This document shows positions 36,816 through 50,554 of a stretch of 64,000 nucleotides of DNA, piece by piece. Location of the stretch: NCBI GenBank assembly GCA_038087875.1, contig CM075997.1, positions 496,001 to 560,000 of the forward strand, written 5' to 3'. Below the pieces are notes generated by a model. The model was not told where the DNA came from and did not search any database. It saw only the letters and a program-made list of their open reading frames with translations. A program made the position numbers and the translations under genes. Position 1 is the stretch's first letter. Each line of letters opens with the position of its first letter. Source of the DNA: Malacoraja senta (lineage: Eukaryota).

Positions 36816-38367
36816 TTGTCTGGCGGCAGTGTATATTTCTATGAATTCACCATTCTAGGTTGAAATGAGAATTGGGAATATTCAGTCAATGCAGTAAACA
36901 GTGGTACCTCTTGATTGAAAGAGGAAGGTACTTTTATTGTGTGCTTTATGATGACATGGTGGTTGCCTTTCTCATTTTGTTCTCACTCGATGAAAAGAGC
37001 TGATGGATGATGGATAAAAGTGCCTACTTAACAAGTCCAGTCATGTGCAAAAGTTCACGCTGAATTGTGGACTTGTGCGTGATTCTAATATTTTCCAACA
37101 ATCAATTTGTATTTTATTGTTCAAATTACCTGTAATCGCTCCTGAATAGCATTTTAAACCTGACAGCTGATCATTTCACTGTTATACTTCATGGTAATGT
37201 ATAGAAAATAACGGCGAGTTGTTAAGAGTTCACTCACTTGGCTGCTTATGCCCTAATGAAGTGGAATTTGCTGCCAAAATCATTATCTAGAGTGATAGAA
37301 TCATGCAGCACGGAAACAGACCCTTCGGCTCAACTCGTCCACACCAACAATGGAGCCCCATCTAGTCTAATCCTATTTGCACATGTCCCTCTAAACCTTT
37401 CCTTTCTATGTACTTGTCCAAGTATCTTTTTAAATGCTGTTGAAGTACCTGCCTGAACTTCCTCCGCAGGCAGCTCGTTCCATATACCCACCACTCTGAG
37501 TGGGAAAAGTTGCCCCTTGGGTTCATATTAAATCTTATCTGCTGCAAATGTAATGTGGGCAGTTAGAGGAACATTCCTTGTTGGCTAGTATTTAGGATGG
37601 AACTGCAGATACTTGAAAAATCGAAGGTAGACAAAAATGCTGGATTAACTCAGCGGATGAGGCAGCATCTATGGAGCGAAGGAATAGGTGACGTTTCGGG
37701 CCGAGACCATGGGTCTCGACCCGAAACATCACCTATTCCTTCGCTCCATAGATGCTGCCTCACCCGCTGTGTTTCTCCACCATTTTTGTCTACCTTGTTG
37801 GCTAGTGATTGCTGAGGAATGCTGCCCTTGTCTACCCCACCATTTTTCAATAAGATGAATGCAGAAGTGCATGCAGAGCAATACATTTATAGGAGCCTTG
37901 AATAAAATTCTACAAGAGTTGCCCATAGGCTGGTTACGGATGCCTTCTGTACTGGAAACCTTTCTGACAAACGATGAATGAGCTAAGAAACAACCGGGAA
38001 AGTCTAGAAAAAAAGACACAAAATGCTGGAGTAACTCGGCAGGTCAGGCTGTATCTCTGGAAAATATGGTTGGGTGATGTTTCTAGTCCACACCTTCAAA
38101 CTGGAGAAGGGTCCCAAGCCAAAACCTCATCTATCCATGTTCTCCAGCGATGCTGCCTGACCTACTGAGTTTCTCTAGCATTTTGTCCCCTATTGCCTGG
38201 CGAGTAATGGGAAAGAGGGAAGAGGGAAATTCATTGGCAAGACCATAACTTGTTTGGGAAATGCATTGTGGTTCTAGTTGGAGGACATTAGGAGCTGTAA
38301 TTAAAAATAAGGTTTGAGGATGATCTGTAATGGTGGTTATGTTTATTTTTTTTGCCTCTGTTTTATT

Positions 38368-38750
38368 CATAAGTTCTAGGAGCAGAATTAGGCCATTCGG
38401 CCCATCAAATCTACTACAACATTCAATCATGGCAGATCTATATTTCCCTCTCAACCCCACTCTCGTCTTCTCCCCATAACCCCTGGCACCCTCACTAATC
38501 AAGAATTTGTCAATCTCTACCTTAAATATTAATCGACTTGGCCTTGGCAATGAATTACACAGATTCACCACCTTCTGACTAAAGAAATTCCTCCTCCTCC
38601 GTTCTAAAGGTACGTCCTTTTATTCTGAAGTTATGGCCTCTGACAATAAAAGACCTTTGAAACCTTTGATCCTAGACTCTCCCACTCGTGGAAACATCCT
38701 CTCCACAGGCCTGTCACTATTCAGTAAGTTTCAATAAGCTTCCCCCCTCA
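38368..38750 (-). mobile_element. CR1 LINE 3' fragment
   Basis: Tail GGAGCAGAATTAGGCCATTCGGCCC and minus peptide VNLCNSLP. Ends ~36 nt before the next exon. Confidence 0.7.
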
Positions 38751-38786
38751 TGCCTCATTCTAATTCACATGTGATTTCCTTCACAG

Positions 38787-38995
38787 GCTGTGAAGACCTG
38801 ATTGTTGAGAGCGCCACACTGGACTCCTTGGTTACTATCCTGAAGTGGAGTTCCCAACCATATGGATCCAAGTGGGTCCATCGGCAGATGCTGCATTTCC
38901 TCTGTGAGGAGTTCAGTAATGTCGTTGCTTCAGACATTCTCTTTGAGCTCAGTAAGGAGCACCTGATTGCAGCCATCCAGTCGGACTACCTGCAG
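38787..38995 (+). CDS. BTBD7: BTBD7-like coding exon 3
   Basis: (G)CEDLIVESATLDSLVTILKWSSQPYGSKWVHRQMLHFLCEEFS...IQSDYLQ. CAG| acceptor, CAG|GTATT donor. Confidence 0.95.
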
Positions 38996-40697
38996 GTATT
39001 GGCCTCGGTCTGCAGTTAATAAATAAGTTCCCGCTGGAGCTTCCAGCCTATTTCAGGAGGTTGTTAATAGAATTGATGGTCTTGAGCAGTCTTCTTAGTA
39101 TTGGTTCCCCCCAGCCCCACAAATCACTCGATTTCTGTCCATCCAAACTTGGACTGTCTCGTGGAAGGACTTGTGCATTGAGGTTGATGTTTACCCCACT
39201 CTTTGTGAACCATAAGTTTAGAAAAGCAAAGAACGTCCATATCAGAAAATGTATAAGTACAGGAGGCCTTTTGGTCCACTGAAAGTTTCTTTCTCCTCTT
39301 TTCTTTCACAAGTGTAACTCCAGTTTCCTTTGGAACTTACAGTATCTTGTGTCTCAATGTCTTAATTACTATGCAATAAAAAGGAACTGCAGATGCTGGT
39401 TTATACCAAAGATAGAGACACAATGCTGGAGTAACTCAATGGGTCAGGCAGCATCTCTGAAGAAAATGGAGAGGTGACGTTTCGGGTCAGGACCTTTCTT
39501 CAGACTCAACCCGACCCAAAATGTCACTTATCCATTTTCACCAGAGATGCTGCCTAACCCGCTGAGTTACCACAGCACTGTCGCTATCTTTTGTGTTTTA
39601 ATCGTCACCTTTCGTGTTTGTCCACTAGCCACTTCTCTCCAGCTGGTGAGCATGTTTCAATAGTCGCAAAGTAGACGGCAGGGGCTATCCTAGACTGGTG
39701 GGAAGATCAAAAGATTTTGCATGGTGTGACTTTCACTGCAATAACTTGTCAGAGTGAGTCTGGAAGACGATATCCATTTACACTGACTGCTCCTGACTTG
39801 TTTACTTGGGTACCGAGCCTAAATGCCTAGTGCCTTATGAAATGGACCTTTCTTGTGGTCCAAGGTTAATTCTGGCCTTGCTAGTAATCGTCACATCCTG
39901 AAAATTAATTTAGATTGATCCATTGTATATGAGGCATTAAGCAATTCTCAACTTGAATTAAAAAATCCGCTGAGCATTTTAATGGCCTACTTCAATTGCA
40001 TCGCAGCTCATTCAACAGGTGAGATAAATTGCCCACTCTACACTATTTAACATCGTTTGAGCTCAGATGTTAGAGAAATTGTTTTGAATGCCTAAATATA
40101 TTCAGCACTAACCTTTGCAACACAATATAAAATGCTGCTGTGCTAAATCATCTTGGCACATTGCTGTTTTATTATTTGGAGCCATCTGTATTTGTCATGA
40201 ATAGCTGGAATGAGGCCTAATCCAGCTCATTAGTTTTTGCCCTATTTTTGCTCAGTTCAAACAAACAGTGCCACATAATGTAAATGCAACAGATTGGCAT
40301 ATATTTAGATGCCAAGTTACAAAATCTGAAATGTTATTTTTCAAAAAAAAGTGCTATAACTTGAGGCCGTTTGTTCTGATCACAGAGATCTTTGTTTTAA
40401 AATTGGTTTGCTCTAACCACTTTTACTAGGAGTGTTGACATCAGCTGCTTGCTTCCTGCTTCATTGCAAGCACCCACCAGCACACAGACCTGCAATACTG
40501 CTCTATTGAGCACCAGAGTAAACTTGCCAGGTCTCTTCAGAGCGCAGTAGTATTTTGCATTCTTCTTGCCTGACAGCATCTGAAAAGTCTGGAGGCCCTC
40601 TTGTCAAAAGCCAGAATGCTGCCGTTAAATGGAGATACAAAGAACTACAGATTTTGGATTCTGAGCAAAGTACACTAAGTGCTGGAGGAATTTGCTC

Positions 40698-40985
40698 AGT
40701 TTAGTTTAGTTGAGATATAGAGTGGAAGCGGGACCTTCAACCCACCACATCCACCACGACCGTCGATCACCCATACACTGGTTCTATTTTATCCTACACA
40801 CTAGGAGCAATTTATAGCAGCCAATTAACGTACAAACCTGCGTGTCTTTGGAATGTGGGAGGAAACCGGACCACCCTGAGAAAACCCACACGGTGACAGG
40901 AGATATAGAGAGACTTTGCATAGACAGCACCCGTAGTCAGGATCAAATCCGGGTCTCGGGTGCTGTGAGGCACCAACTCTACCTC
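40698..40985 (-). mobile_element. HE1-like V-SINE
   Basis: (TTTAG)n tail on the + strand and reverse V-core. Confidence 0.7.
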
Positions 40986-41390
40986 CAGAGGCTCAGGCTA
41001 AGGAAATGAACGGACCACATTTTGGGTTGAGATATTTCTTCACACTGATAATAGTTGGGTGGGGGGGGGGGGGGGGGGGGTGGGGGAGAGAGAAATGCTG
41101 GAAAAGAAAAGTGGGGTGGAGGACGACAAAACCTTGTGGGTGAATACAGGTGAGGGGAGGTTGTGATCGTCTGATCGGTGCAGTGGGTGGCAAAAGTTAA
41201 AGGTGAAAAAGGGACAGGGCGTAGGACGGAACTGCAGATGCTGGTTTAAATCGAAGATGAACACAAAATGCTGGAGTGACTCAGCGGCACGGGCAGCATC
41301 TCTGGAAGGAAGGAATGGGTGAGGTTTCGGGTCGAGACCCTTCTTCAGACGAGTCGGGGGGGCCTTTCCTCCCCTCCCCCTGACACTAGT

Positions 41391-41418
41391 CTGAAGAAGG
41401 GTCTCGACCCGAAACGTC
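41391..41418 (+). ncRNA. Minimal type I hammerhead ribozyme core (putative), sense to the BTBD7-like intron
   Basis: CTGAAGA-A-GGGT-CTCG-ACCC-GAAA-CG-TC, predicted cleavage after C41418. An inverted partner lies at 41321-41348. Confidence 0.6.
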
Positions 41419-41575
41419 ACCCATTCCTTCTCTCCACAGGAGACGGGGTGTTGAATAAGGAGATACCTACATTAAATGTGGTCATGATATAGGCAGCTGT
41501 AGTTGGCTTTCATTTTCCCTTCAAGATTTGACAGTATCTGCATTGGAAATAAAAATTGAAGGAAGGGTGTCCTTA

Positions 41576-41830
41576 TGATGAGGAGACACTTTTTCACACA
41601 GAGAGTTGTGAGTCTGTGGAATTCTCTGCCTAAGAGGGCGGTGGAGGCCGGTTCTCTGGATACTTTCAAAAAAGAGCTAGATAGGGCTCTTGAAGATAGC
41701 AGAGTCAGGGGATATGGGGAGAAGGCAGGACCGGGGTACTGATTGGGGATGATCAGCCATGATGACATTGAATGGTGGTGCTGGCTTGAAGGGCCGAATG
41801 GCCTACTCCTGCACCTATTGTCTATTGTCT
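41576..41830 (+). mobile_element. CR1 LINE 3' end
   Basis: FFTQRVVSLWNSLP-coding segment and tail ending (CTATTGT)n. Near-identical to 60511-60855. Confidence 0.8.
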
Positions 41831-42588
41831 TCCAGTTTGAATGATTTGTGTGAAGTTGCAGGGATATTAGAAGAATGTTTCAAAGCTAAGGCTGTAGGAA
41901 TCTGAATAAACGCAAGAGGGCCATGTACACCTTGAATCAGGTTGTAATGCTGTCAGTACCTTTCCTTTTATCTATCTCTTTCCATGTTTTTAAAGCTGAT
42001 TCCCTTTGAGCATAAGAGCACTTCAGAATACAGCACTCTGAAGGAAGAGTAGTTTAACAGGTTTTTTCTTTCAAGAAACTGTACCATTAGTTGGGTATGT
42101 TTTAATTCCAGCTGTCAAAAGTGATAAATTTTTACTGAGCCCAAAGGGAACTGGGTGGCTGTGGAATGTGTTTTACATTTGCTGAGTCCACACAAAATAT
42201 CGACAGTATACAAAAAAATTCTAGAGAAACTCGGCGGGTGAGGCAGCATCTATGGAGAGAAGGAATAGGCAACACTTCGGGTCGAGACCCAGAAACCTAT
42301 TCCTTCTGTCCTCAGAAGGATGCTGCCTCACCCGCTGAGTTTCTACAGCATTTTTTGTCTACCTTCGATTGTTCCGGCATCTGCAGTTCTTTCTTAAACA
42401 AAATATCTACAGACAGCAATCAGTTGTGGAAATGGAAATGGAAAGGCTGAAGGTAGTTGAAATCCCTGTCTGAAAGACTGGATTGTCATGAAATTAATAC
42501 AGCATAGAAGGAAACTGTTCGGTCCATTGTGTTGTTGGTGGGTCTTTGAATTTCGATGCTTGAAAAGGACCTGGAGCAGGCTTTTTAA

Positions 42589-42904
42589 AGGGCCTGTCCC
42601 ACTGTACGAGGTAATTCAAGAGCTCTCCCGAGTTTTTAAAAAAAATCAGTCTCGTGGTAAGCACGTAGAATGTACGTAGCTGGTATGTCAGAGCTCGGCA
42701 CGTCTCTTAGCGGCTCGTAACGCTAACGGCAGGAAACTGGACACGCGATAATCTCGTGAAGACTCGTGAAGATTTTTCAACATGTTGAAAAATGTCCACG
42801 ACAGCCCCGAGTACCTACGAGTGAGTATTACCGTAATTCTCCGAGTTCGAATCGGGGGAACTCGGGAGAACTCTTGAATTACCTCGTAAAGTGGGACAGG
42901 CCCT
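42589..42904. mobile_element. MITE, PIF/Harbinger-like (subtype 1)
   Basis: TIRs AGGGCCTGTCCCACT / AGTGGGACAGGCCCT. Confidence 0.75.
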
Positions 42905-43389
42905 TACCCGATTGAGCATGTTCCATTCATCAACGATATGGATGACGTGTAGAGCCAAGACCCAAGCCCTGTGAGACCTGATTGTGTTGGGTTCGGATTG
43001 GGTCAGCTGTGCATTCTCATAATGTTTGAGTCAGTCTGTGCCATGTTGTCATGCTTCAGTACTTTTCCAGGTTCAAGACTGATGTTGATTTGGACAGAAG
43101 TTGGTAAAGGCTCAGATTTGGCCGGCGTTTGCATTGGCAGTGGTTTGTTTAGGTTTTGTTTTTTCTACCCAAGCAGAGCTCTAACAGTCTGTGTCCAAAC
43201 TCAATACTCTCACCTTTTCCACTTACTTTTAAAGCTTTTGGTGAAACAAAATCTATCAATCACAGATTTTACATTAACAAATGATCTGGGCATCCATTGT
43301 TATTTGTGGAAGAGTCTCACTTATTTGTGTAGTAGTGCATTCAGACTTCACACCTGAACAGCCCATTCTTCCTTTGGTTCACACTCTTA

Positions 43390-43704
43390 AGGGGCTGTCC
43401 CACTGTTCGAGTTCATTCAAGAGCTCTCCCGAGTTTAAAAAAATCAAACTCGTGGTAAGCACGCAGAATGTACGTAGCGGGTACGTCGGAGCTCGGGGCG
43501 TCTCTTAGTGGCTCGTAACGCTAACGGCAGGTACTCGGGAAACGCGGTATGCTCGTGAAGACTCGTGAAGATTTTTCAACATGTTGGAAAATGTCCTCGA
43601 GAGCCCCGAGTACCTACGAGCGGCTATTACCGTAATTCTCCGAGTTCGAATCAGGGGAAACTCGGGAGAACACTTGAATTAGCTCGTACAGTGGGACAGG
43701 CCCT
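43390..43704. mobile_element. MITE, PIF/Harbinger-like (subtype 1)
   Basis: Same TIRs, TTA on both flanks (3-bp TWA TSD), highly similar to 42589-42904. Confidence 0.8.
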
Positions 43705-43822
43705 TTAGTCCCAGACTTCCTAGACCAGTGGAAATAGTTTATCCCCGTTTACCCAATCAGTTGCAGTTGAAACCTTCAATAAAATGACTACTTGGCCATT
43801 GAAATTCCAGAGAATTGCCTAA

Positions 43823-44154
43823 AGGGCCTGTCCCACTTACACGATTTTTTTCGGCGACTTGCCGGCACCCGTCATAGTCGCAGCAGGTGGCTGAAAATGT
43901 TCAACATGTTGAAAGTCCAGCGGCGACCAGAAAAAGGTACGACTCTTTGGGCGACTACTCGCGACCATATAGGCGTCACCCCGTGACATGTCGACACGTG
44001 ACGCCTGTATGGTCGTGAGTAGTCGTACCAAAGAGTCGTGCCTTTTCCTGGTCACAGCTGGATTTTCAACATGTTGAACATTTTTGGCCACCTGCTGCGA
44101 CTATGATAGGTGCCAGCAAGTCGAGTAAAAAGTCGCGTAAGTGGGACAGGCCCT
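43823..44154. mobile_element. Fold-back MITE, PIF/Harbinger-like (subtype 2)
   Basis: Same TIRs. The whole element is an imperfect palindrome centred near 43988. Flanks TAA/TTA. Confidence 0.8.
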
Positions 44155-44351
44155 TTATAAAGATACAGTATGAAAGCAGGTCCTTTGGACAGCTGAGTTT
44201 GCACCAACCATCAACCACCCACATCCTAGATTAATCCCTCTTTAAATTCTCTCCCTATTTTGTCAAACCTATTTTGTAAATAGGCTTCTGTAAATTGACC
44301 ATAGCGTCTAGGATTTAAAGCATGAAGCTGACTGTTTCTCATCCCTCGTAG

Positions 44352-44427
44352 GCCAGTGAACATGATATCCTGAAGGCTGTGATTAAATGGGCTGAACACC
44401 AGCTGGCAAAGCGTCTGACAGATGAAG
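44352..44427 (+). CDS. BTBD7: BTBD7-like coding exon 4
   Basis: ASEHDILKAVIKWAEHQLAKRLTDE (BTBD7 ASEQDILKYLIKWGEHQL). TAG| acceptor, G|GTGAG donor. Confidence 0.92.
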
Positions 44428-46479
44428 GTGAGTGTTTGCAGGTGTGCTGCGAGAACTGGACTCTCACTGCAGCCTATGCGGTTTCTACCACCTTATATCT
44501 TCAGGCCTGAGTGGATACCTGCGGGTTGGTGCTGGTCTCTGCTGTCCAGTTGTCATCTAATCTTTTTTTTGGTTGATGCCAAATGTTTGTATGGTTGGGT
44601 TCTGAGAGTGTGGCCTTGGTTCCCCATTTAAATGTTCTTGAAGCAGAATTAGTCTCATCAAGTCTACTATATCATTCAATCATGGCTGATCTATTATACT
44701 CATCATTGATCACCCGTTCACACTAGTTCTGTTATTCCCCATTTCCCATTCATTCCCTACATACTAGGGGCAATTTACAGAGGCCATTTAGCCTACAAAC
44801 CTTTAGGATGTGAGAGGAAATTAGAGATGCAGTCAATTAGAACGAGCAAACTCCACACAGATGGCACACAAGGTCAGAATCGAACCTGGGTTTCTGACTC
44901 TGAGGCCGCAGCTGCACCAGTGGGCTGCCCTATTTCTATACTGTGTGCAATGTTTGCTGATTAACACATTCTTTAAACAATAATCTAGTGAAGCTGAAGG
45001 CTTTGCCTTTTCCTTTGCTGAATGGGATCGACTAAATCTGTGCTTGGAGTGGAAGTTGGGGGACTATGCTCTACTGTGCAATTGAGCTATTTCACAACTC
45101 GCTTTTCGACGGTTGTCATCCTTCACAATTGGCATCTGGTTGCACCTGCTTTTCTAGACCCTTTCTGCAAACCCACTGCCATCCTTGCCACCTCTGAACC
45201 TGTGACATTTCTTAAAGCTTGTGTGTGTATGTATTTTTTTTTCTCCTCGCTCGCCTGATCTAATCTATATTTGTTTGTTGTTTTGGCTGTGTGTGCTCTT
45301 ATGAAACGCTTTGTGGTGTTTGCCTGCATTAAGTTACCCAAATAAATCAAGCTCTTTAGTAATTGCTAATAATATGATCATTATCTAGTTTGCACATGAA
45401 GTGTAGCCACTCACAGTGAAGAGCTCTGGGCAATCTACACAACGCTGTCACTACTTGAGCCCAGATCATTGTGGGTTCTCTACATTTCTGTTGCGGACAC
45501 TGACGATATCCCACAATTGTAAATCAACCGCCTTGAAAATAGTGATCTGAGCATCTGTGTTCAATGTGGGCTTTTGCAAATATTTATTTCCTCAACCCCT
45601 TTCCCCATCATATTTTGCAAGCTTATTTAAAGTAGTGAGCTAATTATGGGTGTGCGTGGCAGCTTAAGAAACATTGCCGTCAACACTGGATGGTTACATT
45701 TGCCAACTAGTTTGGAGCCCGGTTCAGTGCCTGTTGATACTTGTCCTGCTGTGATCATAATTGTGTTTACTTGCAAAGTCTTGAGTGTCTGAATTAACAC
45801 TTTGGAGCACACACTGAGCTTGCTTGTACATGTTAATTTATTATCATTAATATTTAGCTCACCTCTGGCAGAATAGAGACGTGCTTCATGAGAGTAAGTC
45901 TTTAAATCGCCTCATTTTGAATTTATTGGCTGCTCTTTTTTGAATTGTGCTTTTCTTTTTAAAGATTTAGTTAGTGTAAAATACTGAGTGAATCTCAAGG
46001 TCCTCACAACTGGGCCAGAATAGTTAATTGTGTAAGAAGGGACTGCAGATGCAGATTTACACTGAAGATTGATACAAAATGCTGTAGTAACTCAGCAGGA
46101 CGGGCAGCATCTCTGGGTAGAATGAATGGGTGACGTTTCAGGTCGAGACTCTTCGTAAGAAGGGACAGAAATCCTTCTATCCAGAGATGCTGCTTGTCCC
46201 ACTGAGTTACTCCAGCATTTTGCGTCTATTTTCAGAATAATTAATTAACAGGAAATAAACTTCCCTTTTTGCATTTTAGGTAATACTATTCAGAGGCTTT
46301 TTCCATTGCCCCCACCCCCCCCCCCCCCAAGCTCCCCCTAACATGAAAACTGAGAATGCATGTACAAGTCTGATCAGTAATAATGAGGGGTTAAGTATTC
46401 TGTAACTTCAGAGTCTGAAGAAGGGTCCCGACCCAAAATGTCACCTGTCCATTCCCTCCACAGAGAATGTCCGCGTTCC

Positions 46480-47115
46480 CCAGCACTTCACAGCCCAGTG
46501 GTATAAAAACAGCTCAAAAAGTTCAGAGTCCACAAACACCTCCTGGTCCGCTTCTATCAATCCATCATTGAAAGCATCATCACTTCCTCAATCACAGTCT
46601 GGTACGGAAACACTGACAGTCATTCACTACATAGAATACAGCGCATTGTCTCCAAGGCCTCTAGGATTATCAATTCTCCCCTCCCCTCAATCCATTCCAT
46701 TTACCTCCAACGTACCTCAAAACGGGCAACAAAGATCATCTCGAACCCCTCCCATCCAGCAAACCACCTTTTCCAGTCTCTCCCTTCAGGGAGGCGCCTT
46801 AGGTCACTTGCTACAAAATCCACCCGTTTTAAAAACAGTTTCTTTCCCTCAGCAATAAGAACACTTAATTCCCTCCAATAACTTTTTGACTTTGATGTAT
46901 ACAGTGTCTTGTCTATGGTTTTTGTCTGTTCTTTTGCACTATGTATTGTTGGTGAGATTTGTGATTTGTGATGTGGTATGGATGCACTTTATTATTATGA
47001 TCTGTGTTGTTATTAGTGTTAATGTGACTAAAGCAGTGTACCATCATGTACCGAACCCAAATACCACCAACCCTGGTCGTGTGGCAAATAAAGATTCTAT
47101 CTATCTATCTATCTA
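46480..47115 (+). mobile_element. Degraded Rex1/Babar-type LINE 3' fragment
   Basis: Residual FYQSIIES-like and HPANHLF-like coding segments. AATAAA followed by a (CTAT)n tail. Confidence 0.6.
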
Positions 47116-47323
47116 TTGATTCCTCTCACTTCAGGTAGCCCCGGCATTCCCTCTCTGTCCCTCCCCCACCCAAGTCGCATTAGCTTCACATTTTCACCCT
47201 ACAAACACTTGAGCCTGTTTCCTTTATCATCGTTACTTTTTTGCAAATCTTGCATTAATTGTTCTTTATCTCTCCACATCATTGTCTATACCTCTCGTCT
47301 CCCTTACTCCATCAGGAGAGTCA

Positions 47324-47552
47324 AGGGCCTGTCCCACTTTCACCACCTAATTCACGACCTCTGCCGTGTTTGCCCTTGACTCGTACTCGCAGCATGGTCG
47401 TCACGAGGTCGTAGGTGGGTGGTAGGTAGGTCGTGATGCTGGTCGTAGGTACTCGTGGCATCAAGTAGGTCGGGCCGTATTTTCAACACGATGAAAAATG
47501 TCCACGGGTTAAAAAAGGTCGGGAATTAGGTCGTGAAAATGGGACATGCCCT
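47324..47552. mobile_element. MITE, PIF/Harbinger-like (subtype 3)
   Basis: TIRs AGGGCCTGTCCCAC / ATGGGACATGCCCT, flanks TCA/TTA. Confidence 0.7.
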
Positions 47553-48578
47553 TTAGGAGGATGAAAGAAGCTTTCATTTCTGTAGTACTTTTCACATGTC
47601 TTTGTCCCAAAGCACTTTTCCACCAGTGAATTGCTGCTTGTATTTAGTGTGTGTGTGTGTGTGTGTTGGTCTATAGGTAGCAACAGTAGCCAGCTGAATA
47701 CTGCTCTGTGATAAGTGTAGGAATTACAGTAGGCGAGAGGGTATGCCTTCTTCAAATCTTCATGAGTTTCTACATTCTTGTGGTGTAAGTGCAAACAGTA
47801 GAGCATGTATTAGGTTGGCTGAAGATATTGAGTCCCTGGTTTTTGATTTATTCTTCCAATGACGATCAACTTCCTCGAAAAGCTTAATTAGCTCATGGTA
47901 AGATTGTTACCCAATGGTGCATGCAAAAGAGAGAGGTCACTGCATTGTAAACTACTTCAAATTGCAATTCTATTCTAGTTCTTATTTAGAAACAAAATAA
48001 TACTGCAAGCATGAAAGCCCATTGGTAGTTGTGAATTCCCTGTACAACTGCAGTGTACTGTTGAAATGTTAATCCAGATGCTGACTCTAGCCTGCCTTCC
48101 AATTATATTTTCCAAAATAGAGTTTCTTTGTTCTGCACCATTTTCACTTCTCCCCATCTCCAAACTTCCCAATAAAACTTCTTCTAGTGCTGGGAAATTG
48201 TACAGAGAGTGCTCTCTTTGTGCTTTTGCAATGAAGAGATATCGGTTTGTTGTCGCATGTACCAAGATAGGGTGAACAGCTATTGTTGGCGTTTTATTCA
48301 ATTCAATCAGATGCCGCTATCCATGCGTACATTCAAGCCGCACGCACGTGGAGCAGGTCGAGCACAGAGAAAAAAAACCCAGAGTGCAGAATATAGTTTT
48401 GCAGCATTGTAGTGTTATAGTTCCAGAGAAAAAGAGCAGTCTGCCACTGCACTGTCGGTGAGAGGCTGGGTTGTAAAAGAATGCCAACAGCAAGCCAAAG
48501 GGGAAGATAAAATTGCGTAATGTTTGGTTATGCTGTGTTGCATCTGGTGTCTTACTCAGTCAAAACGACATCTCACTA

Positions 48579-48863
48579 AGGCACGCTGGAGCAGCGGTAG
48601 AGTTGCTGCCTTGCAGCATCCGAGACCCGGGTTCGATCCTGACTGGGTGCTGTCTGTACGGAGTTTGTACGTTCTCCCCGGGTTTTCTCCGAGATCTTCG
48701 GTTTTCTCCCACATTCCAAAGACGTACAGGTTTGTAGGTTAATTGGCTTGGTATAAATATAAATTCCGAGTAGAATAGTGTTAATGTGCGGGGAACGCTG
48801 ATCGGTGTGGACTCGGTAGGCCGAAGGGCCTGTTTCCGTGCTGTATCTCTAAACTGAACTAAA
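48579..48863 (+). mobile_element. HE1-like V-SINE
   Basis: Head, GGTTCGATCC B-box, V-core, CTAAAC tail. Confidence 0.75.
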
Positions 48864-48940
48864 CGAAGTAGGAAGATAGCAAAATTGTTTCATATCTAAA
48901 GATTTGTTTTCCTTTTCATGCTCCCCCCCCCCCCACCCAG

Positions 48941-49101
48941 AGCCCAATTTGTTGAATGGTACTGCGCATAGTGTCAACAAACGTGGCGTGAAGAAGCGCG
49001 ACTTGGACTCTGTGCAGCTGCGTGAGATTGTTTGCGACCTGGTGCCACACATTCGCATTGCTCACATCCTACCACCGAAGAGCGAGGTCCTATCTGATGC
49101 A
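48941..49101 (+). CDS. BTBD7: BTBD7-like coding exon 5
   Basis: EPNLLNGTAHSVNKRGVKKRDLD...RIAHILPPKSEVLSDA. CAG| acceptor, |GTAAGT donor. Confidence 0.95.
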
Positions 49102-50554
49102 GTAAGTGACCACTTTGACTTGCCCACAATTTTACAAGCCACTTGGCTCCACTGTTCCACTGTAACCTTGGTTACAACAATGTTCTAGGATAGAGACAAA
49201 ATGCTGGAGTAAATCAGAGGGACGGGCAGCATCTCTGGAGAGAAGGAATGGGTGATGTTTCGGGTCGAGACCCTTCTTCAGACATAGGATGTTCTAGGAT
49301 ACACCTGGTCGGGCCCCAGGGATCTATCCACCTTTTATGTGTTATCCAGACCCACATCTTCTCCATCTTCGTGATATTATCATTGTTCTTTTCTCTGAAT
49401 TCAACAGACTTCCATGTCCTTCTCCGTGGTAAATACAGACCAGATGTAATCATTTAAGTCGTTGCCCATCTCCTGTGGCTTCACGCATGGATCTAGGGTT
49501 CTGGATACACAATGTTCCATTTCAAGGCAAAAGAGCATACCTCCAAATTAAGCCTGTCTCCAAATGAGTCCTAGCTCAAAAACCTGGCAGTACATCAACT
49601 TCTGTCCTACTAATTACACATTTGCTTTGGGTGGTTTGATGTAACAAAGTGCAAAAAAGACCAACTGGGAAAGCATTCATCAATTATGATGATACTGGTG
49701 CACCATCGGGAGAAAAACATCGGGCTTCCTAATTCCTGGATATCTGTTGCAGCTTGTCCCTCCTGAGTCAGAAGAACACTGATACATTTTTAACGTTGTA
49801 TAGGAAGGAACTGCAGATGCTGGTTTATACCTAAGTTAGACACAAAATGCTGGAGTTACCCAGCGAGTCAGGCAGCATCTTGCACTAAACGTTATTCACT
49901 TTACCACACTGTGGATGGCTCGATTGTAAATATGTGTTGTCTCTCTGCTGACTGGTTAGCACACAACACCTTGGTCCGCGTGACAATAAACTAAACTTAA
50001 ACTCAGCATCTCCGGAGAAAAGCAATAGGTGACGTTTCAGATCTGAACCCTTCAGACGGCCGTGGCTGTGGTAGTGAGTCCAGGTTAAAACTTGGTCGTA
50101 AAGCAGGAGAACAGTAGGAATCAGCATTGAGAGAGGGTGTTGGAGAACGTTCGTCAGAGAGAAGAGGAGAACTTCTTCAAAATAGGTATACCTTGAAGAG
50201 CTTTTGCAATGGAGCAGACAAAATGTGTAGGAAGGAACTGCAGATGCTGATTTATTCCAAAAATAGACACAAAATGCCTGAAGGCTCTGCTAGTCAAGCA
50301 GCATCTCTGGAGAAAACAAATAGGTGACGTTTTGGGTCGGAACCCAAAATTAACATTCTAATTATTTTTAAAACAAATCGTTATTTGTAGTTTGACATTT
50401 GTGGACTGAATTTTGTAATGGCGCCGTCTTAGGTAGAATCTTTACAATCAGACAACCAATTAAACTGTTACCCAGGTAAAATCTCACTGGAAGGTTGGTA
50501 CGTCCCTATTTTACTCATTTCCTGCTGGGTTAGGGAATTTGAATTAATTGGGTC

